Shown here: in pieces, positions 58,557-64,000 of the stretch
How the letters are laid out: each line of letters begins with the position of its first letter
Numbering within the stretch: position 1 is the first letter of the stretch
Virus record (IMG/VR): IMGVR_UViG_3300013741_000003
Length of the DNA: 64,000 nt
Reading direction: 5' to 3' (one strand)
DNA from: an uncultured virus (IMG/VR IMGVR_UViG_3300013741_000003)
Lineage: Duplodnaviria > Heunggongvirae > Uroviricota > Caudoviricetes
The notes under the pieces: model-generated
The model's input: the letters and a program-made list of their open reading frames with translations, nothing else
Told to the model about the DNA's origin: nothing
Databases searched by the model: none
Position numbers and translations under genes: made by a program

Positions 58557-59327
58557 TTATTCTCCATCCTCTGTATCATGATAACCCTTAATATGTGCTA
58601 CATCATAAAGATCATCTTCTTTCTTGAAAAGATAAACATATTCATCTACTGGACGTTGAAGGTTTAATTCCGAAATAATATGCTCCAACATTTCTTTCCA
58701 TTTATTTAAATCATGGGTGTAATAAACATAAGTGTCCATCCATTTTCCACCACGATTGAAATGTCCGATTACTTCACCTTTATAAGAAATTCTGGAAGTA
58801 ATATCCCCATATTTGAAATCACTATCAGTTTTTTCATAAATTCGTTCTATTTTTACATTATCAAGATGCTTATCATAAAGTTCACTTAACTCATACTTAT
58901 CTATCCCTGTATATTGGCAAATAGCATCTTTCAATTCTTCTAAAGATTCTACTTCTAATACTTCAGCATCTAATAGTTCTTGATAAGAACCAATCTTAAA
59001 ATTCCAATCAGGGATTTCTGATACAGGGATTTTATAAATATTATCTTTGAAGATAGCTTTTATTTCATCATTTAAGCTTTTATATCGAAATGTATCATCA
59101 AAGGCAGCACGAAACTCATCAAGTGATTTTATTTCTGTAGTGTCTACATCTTTATTAGAAAAAAGATATAACAAACAAGAATAAGGTTTATCTTGAGAAT
59201 TATTACTTATGATACCGGCATAGAAAAATGAATTATTGTTTTTCCATCTATTGAAAGATTTTCGACGCTGATCATTAGATGTATTAATATCATTCCATAG
59301 ATAATCAATCACTTTCTGCTTATTCAT
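58557..59327 (-). CDS. hypothetical protein
   Basis: 256-aa ORF, GGAG SD. Confidence 0.7.
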   Translation of the reverse strand: MNKQKVIDYLWNDINTSNDQRRKSFNRWKNNNSFFYAGIISNNSQDKPYSCLLYLFSNKDVDTTEIKSLDEFRAAFDDTFRYKSLNDEIKAIFKDNIYKIPVSEIPDWNFKIGSYQELLDAEVLEVESLEELKDAICQYTGIDKYELSELYDKHLDNVKIERIYEKTDSDFKYGDITSRISYKGEVIGHFNRGGKWMDTYVYYTHDLNKWKEMLEHIISELNLQRPVDEYVYLFKKEDDLYDVAHIKGYHDTEDGE

Positions 59328-59422
59328 TTTATTCTCCAGTTTTAAATTAAGAATGATTATACCAGTTGTTAAAGTAAAAAACCAGCATTCTGATACTGGT
59401 TTTTCCTTTATTTTCCTAATAG

Positions 59423-59773
59423 TTAAGCTACTTTCTCAACTTCTTTATACTTAATTTTTGGAACATTTTCTGGTTTAGCAATCGCATATCTTAAAAAATC
59501 TTTCCAGCTATCTTTTGAGTGAAGAATAATGGAACCATTTAAACCTGATTTGATATCAGGACGAGTTTTCATGCTATCTACTACATCACATGGTACAGCA
59601 ATCGTTTCTCGACCATTGTTATAATATTCCAAGCTTTCTAACACTTTTTGTTCACTATATCGACCTGCTTCTTCTACAATAAAAGTATAACCTTTATTGT
59701 TATCAGCCCATAAAAGGATGTGGCTATCTACCTTATAAGTATGCGAAACACTTAAAATATAATATTCTTTCAT
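59423..59773 (-). CDS. phage hypothetical protein
   Basis: YYILSVSHT...W..NNKGYT....AGRY. Confidence 0.7.
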   Translation of the reverse strand: MKEYYILSVSHTYKVDSHILLWADNNKGYTFIVEEAGRYSEQKVLESLEYYNNGRETIAVPCDVVDSMKTRPDIKSGLNGSIILHSKDSWKDFLRYAIAKPENVPKIKYKEVEKVA

Positions 59774-59784
59774 ATTGTTTTCTC

Positions 59785-60498
59785 TTATTTTTTAGCGTGC
59801 TTTTCGATATATTCACGCAATGTAATTTTATTTACCAGATTTTTAGCATTAGATGGTTCTTCTTTATTCTTAAAGAAATCTTCAATAATACCAGATTTAA
59901 CTTCGTCTTTAAGTTCTACACTCTTTTCTAGAGACTCAAGCGTTAGTAGAAGATTTTTATAATCCTGTAGAGCGTTATTCCATTCCTTAAAATAGCTATT
60001 TAACACACTAACAATACGATCTGTTCTTTGTTTTTCTGTTTCAAGAACTTCTTCTTCTGGTAGCTTCTGTTTAATCACAAATGAAGAACTTGTATTTTGA
60101 CATTCCACAGTGAATGGTGAATTTGGATCAAAGTTTGCCCCATCCTTTGTATTTTTAACCAGCTCAACAATTACTTCACTAATGCTTTTTTGAAGTGGAG
60201 TGCTTAACTCTTTTACACCATTAAAGTTCTTAGAATGTACTTCATGCGAGGTGAATGAATGGAAATCTAATGATGAATATACTTTTTTATCAAAGATATT
60301 TGATAAAATATATTCTTTTACATCATCAAATCTAATGAAAAAACTTAATTTGTTTGTCTTTTTAAATACTTTTCTTGTGAACGCAGCAGTCCCGGCAAGA
60401 GATACTAACATAGAAGCTTTTTCAATAGATTCTGCATCATATTTAGGCATAGGGCCAATATGATTGATTAAGCACAACTCCATTTCATGTAAACGCAT
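59785..60498 (-). CDS. hypothetical protein
   Basis: 237-aa ORF, GAGG SD. Confidence 0.7.
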   Translation of the reverse strand: MRLHEMELCLINHIGPMPKYDAESIEKASMLVSLAGTAAFTRKVFKKTNKLSFFIRFDDVKEYILSNIFDKKVYSSLDFHSFTSHEVHSKNFNGVKELSTPLQKSISEVIVELVKNTKDGANFDPNSPFTVECQNTSSSFVIKQKLPEEEVLETEKQRTDRIVSVLNSYFKEWNNALQDYKNLLLTLESLEKSVELKDEVKSGIIEDFFKNKEEPSNAKNLVNKITLREYIEKHAKK

Positions 60499-60570
60499 AA
60501 CTACCTCGTTTTAGATTAACATTCATTATTTTGTTGATTGTAACAGAAAAAAACGTTCGTAACAAGAAAT

Positions 60571-61161
60571 TTATACTTTTAGTTTTACAATCAAGTTTTC
60601 TTTGTCATGAATACCTAAACAAAAATCGACTTTTTTAAATCCTTGACGTATATATTTTTTAATAATTTTATAACTTGTTTCAAAATTTAAACGAACATTC
60701 CAAATCTCGGTGGAAATATCTTCTTTTTTATTGTTATTTTCGATCTTGTCATCAATAACATCGATGATATGCTCACAAGAAGTCTTTAAATCTAAAGCCA
60801 TAATCTCATTATTTATTTTTACTATTTCTTCTAATGAAGAAAAATGGCTAAAATATTCCAAATCCTCATTTATTTTTTGGATCTTAGGATCAACTAATAA
60901 GGTAATATCCTGCCCCTTAAATTTAATATCAACGAAACCTACATTTTGATAAATCTTACGAATAACATCTTCACAATATTTATCAGCGATTAAAATGTAG
61001 TTTAATATGTACTCAATTTCGAATTGGCCTTTTTCATTCAAAGCATAATATGACTCTTTTTTCTTTAGATTAGATAATGTTTTTTCTAGACAAGCATCTA
61101 TGTACTCAATATGTTCTTTGATACACTCAATCTGCATTTCTGTCGCACCAGATATGTTCAT
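60571..61161 (-). CDS. hypothetical protein
   Basis: 196-aa ORF. Confidence 0.65.
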   Translation of the reverse strand: MNISGATEMQIECIKEHIEYIDACLEKTLSNLKKKESYYALNEKGQFEIEYILNYILIADKYCEDVIRKIYQNVGFVDIKFKGQDITLLVDPKIQKINEDLEYFSHFSSLEEIVKINNEIMALDLKTSCEHIIDVIDDKIENNNKKEDISTEIWNVRLNFETSYKIIKKYIRQGFKKVDFCLGIHDKENLIVKLKV

Positions 61162-61245
61162 TTACAACACCTTTCTGTTTTGGGTTATTTAATGTATTTT
61201 ATCAGTTGTCATTATCTAGTGCAATGAAAAAGGCTTCGAAGAGCC

Positions 61246-62412
61246 TTACATTTTCAACTTTAAACTTTCATATTTTTTAATAGATTCCTGAATTTCTTCT
61301 TTCGAAACTGGAATAAGATTGTAGCTATCACCTTTATCATGATTGATAAAAATATATTCCCTGATATCTATTATTACCTTATCTTTTATAAATAGCTCAT
61401 AATCATTGTAAAATAAGTTTTGATTAGGTCTAAAGTTTTGCCTTTGACTTCTATTTCTTTCAATACCTCCTACGACACCATTTCTCACCCTAAAATAGTC
61501 ATAAAGCTCTCCTTTTTTAGGATATTCATCAATTACTTCTTTTTTCTTGATTATAAGCTTTTCTTTTAATCTACTTCTAATAAATAGCTTAACCAAATTA
61601 ATAAAGGTTTCTTTATCCACTTCTTTACTTTGTTTCCATACAGCAAGTTCTGTTGCCAATAAACCCATTTTTTTATGATCATTAATAATAACACTATCTG
61701 CAGATAACACTTCTTCGATATAGGGTTTTATAAATTCAAACCCTTTACGATTACTATACATCACTAAAGTTCGGAAAAAAACATCCCCAACATTTGCTTT
61801 ATTTTTTACCAAGAAAACAATAGCATCTAAATAAGATACACATGAAACGATATGTTTTTGAATTTGTTCTTTACTTTCTTCCCTATTATAATATTTATCA
61901 AGAACTGCCATTTCATTTTTCAAATAATTAGATAAATTTGAAACGTATTCAGATACAGTTTTGATGGAGTAATCAACCCCGAAATTATATGCCTTATCAC
62001 AACTTAATGTTTTACTTATGATAAAAATAAGCTCTTTGATTGTTTTTTCCTTAATCCCCTTTGATTTAATCTCATTAAAGGTTTTAATAACTGACCATTC
62101 TCTTACATTTGGAAAATAATCTCTTCCATCTTTTTTAGGGAAAAGACTTGTTTCACACTTTGATAGCACATATTCAAGAATTTTTTCTTTTTCTACCCAT
62201 TCTGAATTATAAACTAATTCTATTACATTAGGATTATCTTTATAAATAGCAAAATGAACGGCTTCATTAGCCAGTCTTTGATGTGGCCTACCATTTTCTA
62301 ACCAATGAGAAATTTTTTCTAAATCATTTTCTGAAACCCATTGTTCCACCACTTTACGATTAAAATGAGGAACATTTGTTTCATATTGTGGATCATACTG
62401 TTTTATGCTCAT
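61246..62412 (-). CDS. hypothetical protein
   Basis: 388-aa ORF, GAGG SD. Confidence 0.7.
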   Translation of the reverse strand: MSIKQYDPQYETNVPHFNRKVVEQWVSENDLEKISHWLENGRPHQRLANEAVHFAIYKDNPNVIELVYNSEWVEKEKILEYVLSKCETSLFPKKDGRDYFPNVREWSVIKTFNEIKSKGIKEKTIKELIFIISKTLSCDKAYNFGVDYSIKTVSEYVSNLSNYLKNEMAVLDKYYNREESKEQIQKHIVSCVSYLDAIVFLVKNKANVGDVFFRTLVMYSNRKGFEFIKPYIEEVLSADSVIINDHKKMGLLATELAVWKQSKEVDKETFINLVKLFIRSRLKEKLIIKKKEVIDEYPKKGELYDYFRVRNGVVGGIERNRSQRQNFRPNQNLFYNDYELFIKDKVIIDIREYIFINHDKGDSYNLIPVSKEEIQESIKKYESLKLKM

Positions 62413-62470
62413 ACAACCTCATGATTGGTTTATTTTATGACGCCATTATACCACATTCATCTTATAATAA

Positions 62471-63052
62471 TCAATCAATGGTAGTTTTTTGAGCACTATT
62501 CATTATCTTATAAGCTAATACATACATGTATTTTTTTACTCCGGTATATCCATATGAATATTTACTTAGTATGTCTAACATATCTTTTTTATCTTGAAGT
62601 CTATCATCAGGTATTGCTTCCAACAATTTATTAAAAAACTGTTTATCCATCACAGATCTATCGAATGCTACATTTATACTTAATAACATCAGTCTTTTAA
62701 GCCTAAAACTCATAAAAAAATGAAGGATAGCTCCGTTTAGAACGGTAGCAAGACCATAATATTGTTTTAAATCTGGAAAGTTAGAAACAGTATATAATGG
62801 CATTATTAACAAATGAGCTATAAAACACCATAATGCAAAATTAAGCACACTATTAAACAGTCTTTTATCTAAATAAATAAAAGGCTTCTGTCTTATTTCC
62901 ATGAATAATTTATTATTTGATAACCAACGATATTTTTCTTCTTTTAGCATTTTTTCTATTTTTAGGAATAATAAAAAATATTTTTGAGATTCACTGTTAG
63001 TTTTTGAATTCTTTAAAAGCACTTCTTTGAAGTTATTACTATTATCTGACAT
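62471..63052 (-). CDS. two-TM membrane protein
   Basis: central hydrophobic hairpin. Confidence 0.65.
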   Translation of the reverse strand: MSDNSNNFKEVLLKNSKTNSESQKYFLLFLKIEKMLKEEKYRWLSNNKLFMEIRQKPFIYLDKRLFNSVLNFALWCFIAHLLIMPLYTVSNFPDLKQYYGLATVLNGAILHFFMSFRLKRLMLLSINVAFDRSVMDKQFFNKLLEAIPDDRLQDKKDMLDILSKYSYGYTGVKKYMYVLAYKIMNSAQKTTID

Positions 63053-63197
63053 ATCTACCTCATTTACTCAACATCATACATTTAACATTACTCTTNNNNN
63101 NNNNNTCTTTTTTTGTAGTCTAGTAAAACTTATTTTAAATTTGCATAAAATATAGTTAAAAACATATAATTCATTAAATAATAAATGAGGATTAACA

Positions 63198-63779
63198 ATG
63201 AAAAACATTATATTTTTTACCATTAAAGATTCATACGTAAAACATCTTAAAAGTATTTTTGTTAGTGACTTTTGGAAGCTTTTTTCAGATAAAAATCATT
63301 ATATGAAAGATACAATAAAGGTTTCAGAGAAATTAGATTCAAAACAAACATATGATTTTGTTGTTAATAACTCTGGTTATACTTATTTTAAACCACATGA
63401 AAACGGCAAGTTCTTTGATTTATTCAAAGAAGGAGAAGTATCGGCAGAACAGGCTATATCAGATATGATTAGAGCGCCCTATTCTTCTTTTGAGAAGATT
63501 AAAAATGAAGATGGTGTTCATCTATTTGCTATGTATGAAGATGATATAGAGGCTTTTAGAGACGATGATTTATTATTTAAAAAACTTTCTAAATTAATAT
63601 CATCTAATAAAAAAGATAATAAAATAATTGATGGTGATATTATTAGTGCAAGACTTTTTAAAGAAAATGAATTACCTTTCACTTATTTAGCTTATATTCC
63701 TAAAGATAAAGCATTATGGATTGATGTGTCTAATAATCTTATAACCTTCTTTGGACAGAAAAATATTGACTATAAATAA
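63198..63779 (+). CDS. hypothetical protein
   Basis: GAGG SD, 193 aa. Confidence 0.65.
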   Translation: MKNIIFFTIKDSYVKHLKSIFVSDFWKLFSDKNHYMKDTIKVSEKLDSKQTYDFVVNNSGYTYFKPHENGKFFDLFKEGEVSAEQAISDMIRAPYSSFEKIKNEDGVHLFAMYEDDIEAFRDDDLLFKKLSKLISSNKKDNKIIDGDIISARLFKENELPFTYLAYIPKDKALWIDVSNNLITFFGQKNIDYK

Positions 63780-63791
63780 GAGGAATAATTA

Positions 63792-64000
63792 ATGTCATTA
63801 AAAGATTTTATTCTAGATAAGGCGGATTCTTTTGGTTCGGTTTTATCTGACCCACAAAATAAAATAGCAGATAATAATATTATAAAGAATCTTCATGCCT
63901 TTTTATACTCATATGGTTCTACAATTAATAATGATAATATAAAGTTGTATTATAAACATTTTCCTAAACATATTTCTTTATTATTAGACCGTTATGTAGA
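63792..64000 (+). CDS. partial hypothetical protein (runs off window)
   Basis: GAGG SD and ATG at 63792, frame open to the window end. Confidence 0.5.
   Translation, partial: MSLKDFILDKADSFGSVLSDPQNKIADNNIIKNLHAFLYSYGSTINNDNIKLYYKHFPKHISLLLDRYV

Noticed and set aside
1..64000. CRISPR array, rRNA, integrase or transposase
   Set aside because: No regularly spaced repeats or matching motifs seen; the 15347/15500 pair are diverged structured copies, not repeat-spacer units.
1..64000. Active TAG recoding within this window
   Set aside because: Recognisable genes are full length in the standard code and I saw no TAG-fragmented ORFs.

Overview
AT-rich, densely coding accessory/early region of what is most likely a jumbo (large lytic dsDNA) bacteriophage. 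Evidence: many short, mostly minus-strand hypothetical genes with their own sigma70-like promoters and intrinsic terminators, expanded paralog families, HNH nucleases, tRNAs, and no structural, replication or host housekeeping operons. Recognisable proteins include a NADAR-like protein, NinI-like metallophosphatase, double GT-B glycosyltransferase, ankyrin protein, P-loop kinase, two cyclic-phosphate-processing receiver-like proteins, trypsin-like protease, CDF transporter, GNAT, polysaccharide deacetylase, PcfJ-like protein, DNA methyltransferase, and an ArfA-like peptide missed by the ORF track. The main feature is a ~4.4 kb, more GC-rich, minus-strand RNA island (15137-19545). It holds only three conventional-looking tRNAs (Leu-TAG, Leu-CAA, amber suppressor CTA), plus about six anticodon-less tRNA mimics, a covarying pair of unknown ncRNAs, a manA-like RNA and two very large pseudoknotted ncRNA candidates. 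One mimic is a 'double tRNA': its anticodon loop is replaced by a complete circularly permuted second tRNA body. All RNA structures were folded by eye; family names are from motif recall, not database searches. Three 10-N scaffold gaps are present.
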